Of a stretch of DNA of 64,000 nt, positions 34,201 through 44,494 are shown piece after piece. The translations under genes and the position numbers were made by a program. Position 1 is the stretch's first letter; each line of letters opens with the position of its first letter. The stretch comes from Cyanidioschyzon merolae (taxonomy: Eukaryota): NCBI GenBank assembly GCA_000091205.1, contig AP006499.2; one strand, written 5' to 3'. The notes beneath the pieces were generated by a model. That model was not told where the DNA came from, did no database searches, and was given only the letters and a program-made list of their open reading frames with translations.

Positions 34201-37200
34201 TGGCCTTCAAGGGCGCTCGCATCCGCTTCATGTAGCAACGACATGCGCGTCTGAGTCGGTACCAGTTGCGAGGTTGCAGCGGTCGCCGACGTCGATGCGG
34301 AGGCGCCCCTGCGATCCACGTCTGCCGAAGCGGCTTCGTGCGGGGGCACGCCCATACGCGTTCCGCTTGCGTATGCATCTCGAAGATCTTGCGCTACTGG
34401 TGGCGTCATGACGTCGGCACTGGCGCTGGGCGGCACGAGTGTCTCAGATTCGGCATCGGGATGAGGCGAGCTCCAAGTCGCCTGCGGCCGCCACGACGCC
34501 TCTAGCGAGGCTGCATGCCACGCATCAGGTGCGTCTTTGGAGACGTTGCCCCTAGTGCCATCAAAACGATGCTCAATGGCACTGGGCTCGAGGTGCGGCG
34601 TCTCCAGGGCCGGCCTCTGTTGCTCGTTTGGAACAGGGCTGGCTCCCGGGGGTCCCGCTTCGACCCCTGGCGGCAGTACCGAGAACGGCAAACGCCAACG
34701 TGCAGCGACTGCGCCCACGTTCCGAAGTAGAGCGTGCACCACCACGGGAGCGTTGCGCTGCGCGTACCCGATGGTGCCAATGTCGATCGTCGGGGTCACC
34801 AGGGCCATGCGCGCACAGCCGTATCGCAACGATACCGGAACGCTATCGAGATAGCGTCCGGCGAGCTGGGCCACAAGCAAGGCGCGTCGTTCGACGAGCG
34901 AGCCCTCGCGAAGCAGATCCCGTTCGCGTTCGTGGAGCAGCGACGGCACCAGCTGGTAGCGAAGCACCTCGGCCGGAACCGCTTCCCAGAACACGCCGTT
35001 GAGTCTCGGCTCTGTCAGATTCGGTAGCATCCGCGCTTCTTCTTCTTCTTCTTCTGCTGCTGCTGTTGCTGATGATGATGACAGCGGCGGCGAGTCCGAG
35101 CCACACGCAACATGCGGCCAGGGCCAGTGTTCAGGAAAGCCATCTACATACAGGCGAAATGAGACGCCTTGGGGTGTTGCTATGGTTGTTATTGCTGCTG
35201 CTGCTGCTGCTGCTGACGACGACGACGACGACGGCGAATCGTCGTTGATCCAGCGAATGTGCCAGTTGCCGGGACGCACTTGCCCCATCGTATCCGCTCG
35301 AAGCAGACAGGGCTCGTTAAGCTCCAGGTGCAGACGCGAGAGCCGACTATCCTGCTGCACTGCCGGCACCCGATGCACAAATACCAACTGCAAGTCGTAA
35401 GATCGACGCGAGTACGCCAGGTTCTCGAGGCGCACCCGTTGCTCGAGGAGCGCTGCTCGCCTGCAGTTACGCCACTCGAAGGTCAGCACATCTTGAGACT
35501 GGGGAGCGATGGTGATTTGCTGCTGAGCAAATACCAGAGATGGTTGTTGCTCGCAATCTTCGTCCTCGGGGGCGTCATCAGGCACGGCAGGATCAGGGCG
35601 TCGCTCATCAACAGTGACCTCCGAGCCAAGTTCCGAGCGCCCGAGATCGTCACCGGCAAAGGCGTGGAGCACGGAACGCTCTTCATATCGAAGTTGCAAT
35701 CTGAGCGATAATCCATTGCTGAGATTACGAATTTGTAGTCGGCCTCGAGCACCAAAGCGGAACCAGGCAGTCTGGAACAGATGCGATAGGCCCGGACGCC
35801 GTTCCCCCGATCCAGTGACTCCATCTGCGATACCGGAACTAATACTTTGCTTCCCGTTGAGGTCCACAAGTGCTTGCAGCGTTGCAGTCGGCCACAGTGC
35901 AAGCAACTCGGGCGCCGGTCTAATCGGGTGTCGTTGTCGCAGTCCACGCCGCTGCTCTGCTGTGAACGCATGAGTATCCTGCACGTAATGAATCGTCGCG
36001 ATCGCGTTCTCCTCTGTTGAGAACGCTTGCGTATCCTGCACATCATCAGTGGATTCCATCACACTGTCTGCAACTCGACCGCGTACACCTCTGTCGGCCT
36101 CTGTGACTGCAATCGGGCCCGTTACCCCGAGCACCAGCACCAGTGATCGCAAACACACTGGGTAGACGAATCCCGCCCGGGCCTTCAGTTTCACCGTAGC
36201 GATATCCACGAGCGCAGCTTGCGCACATCCAGCATCCAGGGACGCTTCGCTCTGGACTGGATCAGGGCGCCAGGCTCTCAGCAGGAGCCCCGCAACGAGC
36301 TCCCGAACAACCCCTGCATATAACTCAAGAATCGGAATGCGTGGTGCGAGACCCACGTGCACGGTAACCGTCGCGCCCGGTGCAACGCGGACTGCTCGCG
36401 GGAACGGTGTCTGCCGCATCGCGTCTGTGAAAAGCAGGATCTGTTTCGCCAGGTTGCTCCGAACCTGTAACATTAACGGTTCATCGCTTCTCGAGACAAT
36501 CGTGAGGCTCCGCACCGCACACACACCACCCTGCTCGGGGTCGAGAGCGAGATCACCCCAATCCCACACGAGTACGGTCGAAGAGGCTCGTAGCGGCTCC
36601 GATGAAGGCGCCGCTTCCCTCTGAACACCAATCGATGATAGCTCGACGGCACTGGATTCCAACTGAGGCAGGTACAGCGCCCGACGAGGCAGCACATGAC
36701 CCTGTACCCGAACACGCACCGTCTCAACTGGTGCAGTCGAGGCTGGCGAGGTGCCAACCCAGCCACCACCACCACCACCACCACTACCACCACTGTTCCC
36801 GCCGGAGCGTCCAGTGGCGTGCACGAGGCGACTCGCCGGAGCGCCCACCAAAGCCTCGGTCGCTGGTTGAAGCCAGGCGGTTACCACCAGCGTTCTCGAT
36901 AGTGTACCCATGCGGTCGGGGCGAAAACTGAGGCGCACCTGGGCAACACCGTGCACGTCGACGGTACCGCGCATGGGACTCCAGAGCAGCGTGGCAGGAA
37001 GCGCCACCTGCGTATCCTCCAGCACCGAGAACGCAACCTTTCGATCAGAAACGTTCTGGATCGTCAGGCGGCTGGTCACCGTCTGACCGAGCGACACTTT
37101 GCCAAACGCGATCACCAGCGGTGATATCTGAATGAGTCGCGAGCTCCCTGTGCGCTCCACGCGTCTTGCGGTACTGGGCAGAACCGGTACCGTTTCCGCA

Positions 37201-40200
37201 AATGCAGGCCAACGTCCGGCGCTATCTGGTGACCCATTCCAGTCACTGGACACGGTGTCGTTGCATGCGCTCTCGTGCGCGGAGCTTCTCGTCGCCATCA
37301 CGTCTTGTTCAGGGACGACGTTTGACGGAGCGTCGTCGCTCGTTGCCGTCGGTGGTACCGCAGGGTCCGAATCCCAGACCTCCATTGAACAGCAGATACA
37401 TTGCTGCTCATCCCGATTACGTTGTTCAAACACACGCAGAGATACTTGTCGACGACCTCGTACGCCTGCAACCGACGTCAGCGACACAGCCAGACGAGCG
37501 ACTTGACCAGGAGCAAGCGTAACGACCAAGCGCCCGGCATGAAGCGCGGTTGCTGCCCTGCGTGAAGCAGTAGGTGCCGCTCGAGGTCGCATCCCCGAGA
37601 CACACGTCGATGCCTCGCGGACATTCTCCGGTGGCATCGAATGCGCTTCTGGAGCGTCCAGCTCGGTGACCGACTCACCTTGCGTCAGCGTTCTTGTCGA
37701 TGAGTCCGCATCCTGCAACTGATGCGTTCGCTGCTGTGCGATTGCTGCACGGAGGCGCTCCACTTTTTCCGTCCGGCCCTTTCTTTCGGCGATACGGAGT
37801 TTCTGTTCCAGTGCCTCGATCGCTGCGTTGGTATCAAGGGACGTCTGCATCGATCCGGGTATAGCACCAGCACCAGCGAATAGCGCTTGTTCCTGCTCAT
37901 GCGCCTGCGGCAGCATGGAAGCAGCAACAGATTCGGCTAGTGCCGCTTCGGCGACGCGTCCTCCACAGGCGCTGCGTTCGTTATCCGGGGTCTCGTGCGC
38001 TCGCGATTCCCCGTCGTACACTGACGAGTGAACCACAGACTCGGAAGGCGTTGCTGTTTCGGTTGCTTCCGTTCCTGGTCCGGGCAAGAACGCCGGCCGA
38101 GACTCACCAGGCTGCACGCGAATCGACATCGAGGACTCGAGAGCGTCCACCGCAAGCCACACCGTGGCTGTCGTCCGTTGATCAGCAGCGTCCTGCTCGA
38201 TCACGAAGACACGCCGACGATCCGAGCAGTTCTGGAGCTGAAAGGAACGCCGTATGCCAGCACCGGGCGCTACTGCACACGATACGCTCCCAAAGTCGAG
38301 CTGCAGCGGTCGCACGACAAAATGGGTACGGCGGTGTACGAGTGCCTTCATGGTTACCGGATGGGCATCGCTGGGATCCAGCAGATTGACAATCCAGACA
38401 CACTCCTCGAAGGCACCATGAAACGAAGGCCGAAATACGAAAGGAACTTCCTTGGCACTGAACGGCCGCAGAACTCCGCGCCGATCAGACCCAAAGTGCA
38501 AATAACTGCTATCCACAGAACCAGACTTGCGTACAGCGTAGAAAGCCGGCATCTCCGATACGTTCTGCAGAAGCAGCGTCTTAGATCGTTGCTCACCTGC
38601 GACGATACCCCCAAAGTTGATATGCGGCTGGGCAACTTCCATTCGAGAGATGCAAACCCGACCTCGCAGCACCAGCTCCCGTGGCGGCAAAGACGACGCA
38701 TGCAGCCGTGTCGGTGTCAGCGGGAGACGACTTTGATCATAGTCCACGAGGTGCAGATAGAGGCGCTCCTCAAAAGGACGCAGTTTGGTGCGCAGTCGGC
38801 GGTCGGCGGCGTCGAACTGGATAACCACATAGAGGGTTGCCTCGGCGTTGGGCTCGATCTCCAGCTGCTGCTGTTGTATCCGTCGGAGCAGGCCTGCATC
38901 ACACGCCTGGACCAGCGCTTGTGCGGGACGCAGCGACTCGCGAATAAAGTCTGCTTCTGCTTCGGCAGTCGAAAAGAAGGATGGAATGGCGGGCGGCATC
39001 CGCATCAGCTGCGCGAAAATGTCAGCGGCACGTAGACTCACTGGTGAGGTTTCGTTTCTACCCAGTTCGTTTGAGTCTGAGGTCTCCGACAGCGTCTCCT
39101 CATCTGAATCACTGGAAGCCTGTGATCGACGACGCCGAACTGTCTGCCGCAAACGGACGCTATGTCGATACCGACGACGATGATGACGAGACGGCTGCAG
39201 AAGCTGACTCGCGCCCGTTCGCGAGGCATCACTGGAGTGCTCACCCGCCGACGCATTTCGTACTGGTGTGCAGAGGCGCGTTCCGGTTGTCGTCGAATCA
39301 GCGGCTGCCGCTGTACCTGGAAGAGCCATCGCTTCCTCAGTGTGCTCAGTAGACTGTGTTTCGACGCCCGTGTTACGCCACTGGGTCCGTGCTCGAGAAG
39401 CAGGTGCCGCTGCTTCCGTCGCTTCCGTAGCCGTGCATGCCTCGTTGCCAGACGTGCGAGCCGAGCACTGCAGCTGCACACCGTCCGCTACGACATGCGC
39501 TGCAGGGGCAGGTGCCGCTGCCTCTGCATCCGCCAAGGCAGCGTGCGGTAGACAAGCTTCCGTTGGTAACGTCGCTGGTTGGCGTTGCTGTTCCGAAGCG
39601 TCCTTTTCGGAGATTGACGGGTGCGGTTGAGCGCGCTCGAACCGGGGATCCGCGAGCAGCTCCACATGCGGCCGTGCCGGGCAGGTAAAACCCAGGACAA
39701 GGCGCTTGTCGGTCAGGTTCCGCACCTGAAAAGCGCGAATGTACGCGTGACCAGCCACCACGTTCCCGTAATCAAGCTCATTCACCTGGGTGGAACGCTC
39801 GGTAGCAAGTCGGTAGAAGAGCGCGTGGTAGAGCACGCGAAAGCGGTCGACACAGTTCGCGCGTATCACCACGACATGTTCATCGCGAGGATTCCGCAAA
39901 TTCAGTATCGTCAACTGTTTGCTATAGTCTGGATTCACACGATGCGGTGTAAAGTCGATCCGGAGATCATAGATCTGGCGAGGGCCAATGATAGGCTCAA
40001 GCGATGCCACCCGGAGCGACGTCGAGGAGAAGCGCACCGAGAGAAAGGCTGGGAGGTCGGCAAGGTTCACCACCTGCACAGACGTGGTCACTGTGGATTC
40101 CACGTAACAGTCGCCCAGGTGAATTTCCGTCGGATGCACCCGCACGAGTGACTCACTGACTCGCGCTCGTCCGTAGAGTATTTTGCGCTGGGCGAGTACC

Positions 40201-42131
40201 TCTCCGTCGTCGAGAGCGTCGCGTCCCGAAAGCGAACGAAAAGGCACAACCTCTTCACCAGAAGTTGCCGACGACGTGTTTGCGGCTGGCATCCAGGCAG
40301 CTGCACCAGCGGGTACGGTGCTGGGCGCGCAGGCGCTCCCGTCCAAGAGGTCGGACCTGAGCTCAGCGCCATTACCCTGCTGGTGCTGTTGTTGTTCGTA
40401 CATGGTGCGTTCGCTGGCGCTTAGCGCGTGCAGCGACGCCCGTTCTGGAGCGCTCTGGAGGCCGGCATCTGGCGCGGATACCGCACTGTCGATTAGCGGC
40501 TCTTGCTGCTCGTCCCCGAGCGGAAAGCGACTCGCTGCAACTCGCGAGGCAGCGCTCCCAGTGCTCGTTCCGCAGACGCGATCGGATCCCAGCAAGCCGG
40601 TGTCATCGGTGTACCCCGCTGGTCCAGGGAAGACATGCTCGAGCACCTCGCTCGGTGAACCAGGAGTTGTCGCTTCTGATTCCATCGCAACTCGCTGCGC
40701 TCTGGTACGCTCTGGTACCTCGGACGTCCTGAGCATTACCCAGAACACCAGAGGGAAGCGCCTCTCCACAAAGCGTCCATCTACTGCGGCGATCACTGCC
40801 TGCGAGCGCAAAGGTGGTTGATAAACAATCCGAATGGGACGTGCCTCCTTTGCTGGGACCTCGACCGGTGCAACAGGTACAATGGACCAGCGGGCGGCTA
40901 GCTCTTGGTCCATGGATATCAGAATTGTAGCGTCAGTTGCACAGTTCTGCACAACAAGGTCGCGCGCAACTGTCGAGCCAGCGTACACGTCACCAAAGTC
41001 GAGTTCATCGATCGCCACACTCGCCGGTTGTTCAGCTAGGCGAAAAACGGCCAGCGTGGCCGGTTTCTGGATACCGCACAGGCAATGGATGGAGAGTAGC
41101 GCTTGATTCTCCGGATTTCTCCAGTTGAGGCACCGTACTGTATACTGGAAACGCCCGCATTCCGTAGCTTCCAAGGCAAAGCGCAATCGTCGGTACTGCA
41201 GACCGCCAATTCGGTGAGGTCCCGGCCCCAGAGGCACGCCACTCTCCAGGTCGGTGCACGTTAGACTGCCGCTCTTGGGTTGAATTTGTAAACTGAACTG
41301 GGTAGCCAGCTCACTTTGGTTCCAGAGAAGCACATCCTTGGCGGTCGTTGTTTGCGATACGGGCACCTCGAGCAGTAGCGTCTTCTCGACGCTGGGGCCT
41401 GACTCTATGCCTTGGGTCGCTTTCGCGTTGACGGGTGTAGCGGCATGCCGCAGGTCGCCACTAGACTGGTCCATGCGTCCACTGTTGTTGTCGGTAGGCG
41501 TTCGCGGACTCGCAGCGCCTGTTGCTCGCTCCTCCCCGCCGGTATCCCGTTGCAGCGGTGCGGTCGCGTCGGGCCGGCTGTCCAGCGTGAAGGTGAGCAA
41601 AGAACGAATAACACGGCCGTTCACAGGTAACGAGCAGAGCAACGTTCCGTCTGGTACAGATGTGAGGTTGATCAGGCCGTGTACGCGTTGGAAGCTGAAG
41701 CCAGCTTGCCGAACTAGTTCAGGTTTGACCTGTACGATTACGGGCAAAGGTTCCGTCTCTGCGGTTTTCGGAACTTGGAACGTTTCAGTCAAGTTCAGCT
41801 CGTGAAAGAGAGCGTTTTGCTGGGCATAGGGGACGTCCCAGTTGGCGTTCTCGCGCTGGAAACAGATGAACGGAGCTAGCGGGCCTTCTACGCTGATGCG
41901 CACCACCAGTGGCTCTGTCGGACTTGCTGCTCGTGTTCGCTGTAAGTGCACGAGAAAGAGCGTCGGTATTTCCGCGGTGAGCTCTCCGAGTTCCAGTACA
42001 CGCTCCCTGAAGACCACTGGAACGTCGGGAGGTCGCTCTTGAGCCGATTCGCCAGCGGTTTTTGTAGCGCTTGCCATGAGCATCAGGATTTTTGTCGATA
42101 CGCTGTCGTTGTACCAAGTCGTAGCGTCCAC
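31203..42131 (-). CDS. Giant (3642 aa) ASH-domain repeat protein, Hydin/CFAP-like, likely ciliary/flagellar
   Basis: Uninterrupted 10.9-kb ORF. About 9 copies of the ASH/MSP-like motif (L/I)DFGxVxxG......LxLxNxS.....F, e.g. LDFGSVSCAVAPGAGIRRSFQLQNCSDRRRVF, IAFGKVSLGQTVTSRLTIQNVSDRKVAF, IDYGAVMLHHVYRNKSIRIRNLSDQPLEF. The annotated start is GTG; the first ATG is near 42083. Internal homopolymeric tracts: M7, G8, E6, S/A. Confidence 0.55.
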   Translation of the reverse strand: MDATTWYNDSVSTKILMLMASATKTAGESAQERPPDVPVVFRERVLELGELTAEIPTLFLVHLQRTRAASPTEPLVVRISVEGPLAPFICFQRENANWDVPYAQQNALFHELNLTETFQVPKTAETEPLPVIVQVKPELVRQAGFSFQRVHGLINLTSVPDGTLLCSLPVNGRVIRSLLTFTLDSRPDATAPLQRDTGGEERATGAASPRTPTDNNSGRMDQSSGDLRHAATPVNAKATQGIESGPSVEKTLLLEVPVSQTTTAKDVLLWNQSELATQFSLQIQPKSGSLTCTDLESGVPLGPGPHRIGGLQYRRLRFALEATECGRFQYTVRCLNWRNPENQALLSIHCLCGIQKPATLAVFRLAEQPASVAIDELDFGDVYAGSTVARDLVVQNCATDATILISMDQELAARWSIVPVAPVEVPAKEARPIRIVYQPPLRSQAVIAAVDGRFVERRFPLVFWVMLRTSEVPERTRAQRVAMESEATTPGSPSEVLEHVFPGPAGYTDDTGLLGSDRVCGTSTGSAASRVAASRFPLGDEQQEPLIDSAVSAPDAGLQSAPERASLHALSASERTMYEQQQHQQGNGAELRSDLLDGSACAPSTVPAGAAAWMPAANTSSATSGEEVVPFRSLSGRDALDDGEVLAQRKILYGRARVSESLVRVHPTEIHLGDCYVESTVTTSVQVVNLADLPAFLSVRFSSTSLRVASLEPIIGPRQIYDLRIDFTPHRVNPDYSKQLTILNLRNPRDEHVVVIRANCVDRFRVLYHALFYRLATERSTQVNELDYGNVVAGHAYIRAFQVRNLTDKRLVLGFTCPARPHVELLADPRFERAQPHPSISEKDASEQQRQPATLPTEACLPHAALADAEAAAPAPAAHVVADGVQLQCSARTSGNEACTATEATEAAAPASRARTQWRNTGVETQSTEHTEEAMALPGTAAAADSTTTGTRLCTPVRNASAGEHSSDASRTGASQLLQPSRHHRRRYRHSVRLRQTVRRRRSQASSDSDEETLSETSDSNELGRNETSPVSLRAADIFAQLMRMPPAIPSFFSTAEAEADFIRESLRPAQALVQACDAGLLRRIQQQQLEIEPNAEATLYVVIQFDAADRRLRTKLRPFEERLYLHLVDYDQSRLPLTPTRLHASSLPPRELVLRGRVCISRMEVAQPHINFGGIVAGEQRSKTLLLQNVSEMPAFYAVRKSGSVDSSYLHFGSDRRGVLRPFSAKEVPFVFRPSFHGAFEECVWIVNLLDPSDAHPVTMKALVHRRTHFVVRPLQLDFGSVSCAVAPGAGIRRSFQLQNCSDRRRVFVIEQDAADQRTTATVWLAVDALESSMSIRVQPGESRPAFLPGPGTEATETATPSESVVHSSVYDGESRAHETPDNERSACGGRVAEAALAESVAASMLPQAHEQEQALFAGAGAIPGSMQTSLDTNAAIEALEQKLRIAERKGRTEKVERLRAAIAQQRTHQLQDADSSTRTLTQGESVTELDAPEAHSMPPENVREASTCVSGMRPRAAPTASRRAATALHAGRLVVTLAPGQVARLAVSLTSVAGVRGRRQVSLRVFEQRNRDEQQCICCSMEVWDSDPAVPPTATSDDAPSNVVPEQDVMATRSSAHESACNDTVSSDWNGSPDSAGRWPAFAETVPVLPSTARRVERTGSSRLIQISPLVIAFGKVSLGQTVTSRLTIQNVSDRKVAFSVLEDTQVALPATLLWSPMRGTVDVHGVAQVRLSFRPDRMGTLSRTLVVTAWLQPATEALVGAPASRLVHATGRSGGNSGGSGGGGGGGWVGTSPASTAPVETVRVRVQGHVLPRRALYLPQLESSAVELSSIGVQREAAPSSEPLRASSTVLVWDWGDLALDPEQGGVCAVRSLTIVSRSDEPLMLQVRSNLAKQILLFTDAMRQTPFPRAVRVAPGATVTVHVGLAPRIPILELYAGVVRELVAGLLLRAWRPDPVQSEASLDAGCAQAALVDIATVKLKARAGFVYPVCLRSLVLVLGVTGPIAVTEADRGVRGRVADSVMESTDDVQDTQAFSTEENAIATIHYVQDTHAFTAEQRRGLRQRHPIRPAPELLALWPTATLQALVDLNGKQSISSGIADGVTGSGERRPGLSHLFQTAWFRFGARGRLQIRNLSNGLSLRLQLRYEERSVLHAFAGDDLGRSELGSEVTVDERRPDPAVPDDAPEDEDCEQQPSLVFAQQQITIAPQSQDVLTFEWRNCRRAALLEQRVRLENLAYSRRSYDLQLVFVHRVPAVQQDSRLSRLHLELNEPCLLRADTMGQVRPGNWHIRWINDDSPSSSSSSAAAAAAAITTIATPQGVSFRLYVDGFPEHWPWPHVACGSDSPPLSSSSATAAAEEEEEEARMLPNLTEPRLNGVFWEAVPAEVLRYQLVPSLLHERERDLLREGSLVERRALLVAQLAGRYLDSVPVSLRYGCARMALVTPTIDIGTIGYAQRNAPVVVHALLRNVGAVAARWRLPFSVLPPGVEAGPPGASPVPNEQQRPALETPHLEPSAIEHRFDGTRGNVSKDAPDAWHAASLEASWRPQATWSSPHPDAESETLVPPSASADVMTPPVAQDLRDAYASGTRMGVPPHEAASADVDRRGASASTSATAATSQLVPTQTRMSLLHEADASALEGQLEPGEQVWVPLVVRPAALSLGAGPFELLVTIENVWQPQEHLELRIVGQFSVRLIQESSPVLLNEQGHGTLAISIPEAARGDVQVTWQTSVVPTGPYRDLVLQDRASSATLRSLTLASGEKFELAVVATPKETEHERVAGCSVGGAEAAAAAPSLDLGIDSEPIAWIELALRRKQDAEAGPLERIPVYQGKRSLPMQQVMVPADTSDAPPPPPTTSMMMMMMMSDTRASSQSEAREASNRDDLQTRDDRVQQSPVPLAAAEEPHESRTDAAALEPVVVGERQAAAPRVGHPERLPLATSPQSDMTAATLATSSCTTGAAAQAGVEQEPVSASFSAEASDAATAPGLHPKDTLSAPEQPMAAIDDSETHGDVFAAAAAATTTTCVDADETAPQRGPRTFGLHGCADIGEHLYELDAGVVPLGSQAIQRTIIIVQRPLQRCMPVSTSVDPESESEASASTAEHVLEYKIHRVPTHWRRARPESTEWFALDRMGGILERTRPSQTICLTMKPESLGFFQEYLLFTDRQSPANLALLRVRMEVVAERADASTIFETSPREIDYGAVMLHHVYRNKSIRIRNLSDQPLEFLLRHDLDPQSRSELHFSTSNLALRKVTSVWVEKASSRRVFLYLRPEPESTETDQLCGSVVTRTFHLYVSCRLVRDFEECIEIRCACHAPELRVSTNDVSFTVPNLAWQPMPSMQLFIETLVPGVHHLYELRSSALFFAVTEVQPGTLSIEPRLSVVAEQAPSEKYIEEHCSIYNRRRPREFFWIRLRLHVGGGSGSGSAVPEFSAAPPRTRVYVLEQTVSRFLCQFAAFWAPYQRPRTPGAGTDSMHLAVTASERGAGDLVHRLRARQHGQDRDEREPLIVWLERVRRATGVVGGAAGATIAYAALLFEAHYCTDELVFYALRDQSDTVLQLALTCYSYIFKWDVFQVYIRDDETVAEALAPLVKFWYGQLRHFLSFFPDSDRVERHGVRMQGPLQALRQLAATEASPATASRR
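33534..33556 (-). repeat. (ATG)n coding microsatellite encoding polyMet, inside the giant ORF
   Basis: catcatcat... x about 8 on the plus strand, giving TTSMMMMMMMSD. Confidence 0.85.
35032..35232 (-). repeat. Cluster of coding trinucleotide microsatellites ((TCT)n, (GCT)n, (GAC)n) inside the giant ORF
   Basis: tcttcttct.., gctgctgct.. x 8 and gacgacgac.. on the plus strand, giving EEEEEE and SSSSSSAAAAAAA in the protein. Confidence 0.85.
36764..36795 (-). repeat. (CCA)n coding microsatellite encoding polyGly
   Basis: ccaccacca... on the plus strand, giving GGSGGGGGGGW. Confidence 0.85.
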
Positions 42132-43078
42132 GACGCCTCGGGTAACTGCTCAACGGTCTGAGTGCGAAACGCAGCGACTTTTGCGCGCAAGGCGCTGCCA
42201 AAGAACCCAGTGCGAAGGTCGGGTTCGCCTTACGTAACCAATTAGCACGCTCACAACAGCGGTTCACAGTAAAACGCGTTCCGAAATAGAGTCCTCCGCG
42301 TTTCACGACTCGTCTGCGTTGGATGATGCGCTCAGTAGACGCTTGTTTACGAACTGCGTCTCATCATTGAGGTTACACGTTGGACAAGGAAAAGGTCGTC
42401 AGCGCGACGAAGTCAATGACCTCCTCAAAGTCTACCGGGTGTCTTGTTCTCTGGTGGACGCAAGTACGTCACACAACTTGACCAGTAAAGTACTGACCCT
42501 GGTACCGGTACCCGCGTCCAACGAACAGCGTAGTTGTTGTCGTCGTTGCCGCATTCGTACACAGCGGGCAGCGATCATCGACTGCAGATCGCGTCGCTTC
42601 GTGGCGAAGCCAGATGCCAAACGCTTGAAAAGCGGGCATTGTGTTTGCGTTTCAAGTGCCGATCTTGACAGTCTGGTGTCACTTGGGGAGCGTGGACTCG
42701 CTCGACTGTGCTCGATACAACAGCTGAACGCAGGAACCCTGCTGCCTGTGGAGACTGTGTGTGCGTCCACCACGAAACAGTCGGAGGCGTCCACTGCACC
42801 CGGGGGCACACCTGGAGCTCCCGGTGAATCGCTTCGTTCTTCTCGTTGCCAACGGTTTTACCGGTGATCTGGTTTCTACTGGGGCGTTCAGCGTAGTTTT
42901 CTGTAGAGCGTCGTGCTTCTCGGTGGTGCCTGGTGACGATTGCAGCGAGCTCGCGCCGGGGACGTTCCATAGTCTCTGGAGCGCACTGAGCGCCGCAGCC
43001 GACACGCTCCAGACCTGCTCCGGCAGTCCCGCAAAGATAACGTGCGACTTGTCGCCTTAAAATTTTCTCTGTGGCAAT

Positions 43079-44494
43079 ATGGTGCTACGATTCAAAGGAT
43101 TGCACCGCGGAGCAGCCCGGGTACCCGTGTTTCGATTTGCGCAGCTGGCGACTGGCTGCCGCTCTCCGCGGCCACCGCAGTGCCTGTCCAGCGCTGCTGG
43201 ACTTGCTGGGCTGCACCAGCGCTGCTTTCATACGACCGTCCTGTCGAGACAGCGCGGCACTCCGTTGCACCACGTGAGGCAGACTTTTCGCAACACCCCT
43301 GGGATGATGCATCCGCGGTGCCGCGCTCCGAGCGACAATACATACAGGCAGCGAGCCGCTTTCGCCACGCTATTCGAAACTCCGAAAAGACTTGTGCACG
43401 GGGATGTCAGCGCTACCCCAACACCCACGATAGCACCAGGGTCGATTCGTCTAGCGAGCGATCTCGAAAGGGATTCGAAGGTTCTTGTCTATAGATCACT
43501 GCATCGTTTCGAGCCGTCCTGTTTTGCTTCGGTATCCAGGGCGCTCTTGGATGCACCCTTTAGACCGGACGTTATCCACCGGGTGGTGCTCTACCAACGG
43601 GCCGCACAACGTCGAGGGACAGCGCATACCAAGACAAGAGCAGAAGTGTCCGGGTCTGGTCGAAAACCTTGGGCACAGAAAGGCACCGGAAGGGCCCGCG
43701 CGGGAAGTCTCCGTGCACCTCAGTTTCGGGGCGGAGGTGTTGCGCACGGCCCACGCGCTGATCGCATATGGGCTCAGAGACTACCCAAGAAGGTTCGCTG
43801 GCTCGGTTTGGCCTCTGCGCTTACACGACGTTTTCAAGAGGGACGTCTCTGGGTCCTGGAACGTTGGTGCAACGGGTCACCGCAAGAACATGCACCCACA
43901 AACATATGTCTGGATGTTTCGGATTCATCCGATACGCGTTCGAACGCGTCCACGGCTGCCGCTGACTCGACGGAGGATGCGCTAGCGGGGACTTCAACAA
44001 CGAGACATCTGCAGCCTTCGGTAGCTTTGGTACATGCCGACCAGCTGGAACTCTTTCTGCGTGAGAGAGGATGGCGCTCACTGCTCATCATTGGTGCTAG
44101 TCTCCGAGATCGCTCTTCCGTCGATGACGCAGACAACGCTCAAAGCGTCAATATCACAAATAGATCAATCAGCTTTGCGGATCTAGACCCTGGTACTGCT
44201 GAGGGTCTCTGGGACCTCTGCGGGCGACTGGGTCGCGATAGCCTCTCAGAATGGCACCAACTTGAACGAGCAGCGAGAAACCTGGATGCGAATGTTCTGT
44301 TGCGCACGTCACTATCCGTGGGCGTGTACGACCTTGTGCGTTACCCGCACATCCTCATCACCGTGAATGCCTTGCGCGAACTGGAGTTGCGAATACGGGG
44401 TCAGTCTCGAGTGCTTGTCCAGGCAATGCGACTGGGCTCCCTGCGGTACGCGCTTCAACCGAGTTTGCGACAGGGATCGGTTGGAAAACCTTAG
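43079..44494 (+). CDS. Organellar (bacterial-type) ribosomal protein uL4 with long N- and C-terminal extensions
   Basis: ATG at 43079. The uL4 signature SGSGRKPWAQKGTGRARAGSLRAPQFRGGGVAHGPR is present. The N-terminus is Arg-rich (presequence-like). About 200 aa follow the L4 core. Confidence 0.75.
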   Translation: MVLRFKGLHRGAARVPVFRFAQLATGCRSPRPPQCLSSAAGLAGLHQRCFHTTVLSRQRGTPLHHVRQTFRNTPGMMHPRCRAPSDNTYRQRAAFATLFETPKRLVHGDVSATPTPTIAPGSIRLASDLERDSKVLVYRSLHRFEPSCFASVSRALLDAPFRPDVIHRVVLYQRAAQRRGTAHTKTRAEVSGSGRKPWAQKGTGRARAGSLRAPQFRGGGVAHGPRADRIWAQRLPKKVRWLGLASALTRRFQEGRLWVLERWCNGSPQEHAPTNICLDVSDSSDTRSNASTAAADSTEDALAGTSTTRHLQPSVALVHADQLELFLRERGWRSLLIIGASLRDRSSVDDADNAQSVNITNRSISFADLDPGTAEGLWDLCGRLGRDSLSEWHQLERAARNLDANVLLRTSLSVGVYDLVRYPHILITVNALRELELRIRGQSRVLVQAMRLGSLRYALQPSLRQGSVGKP

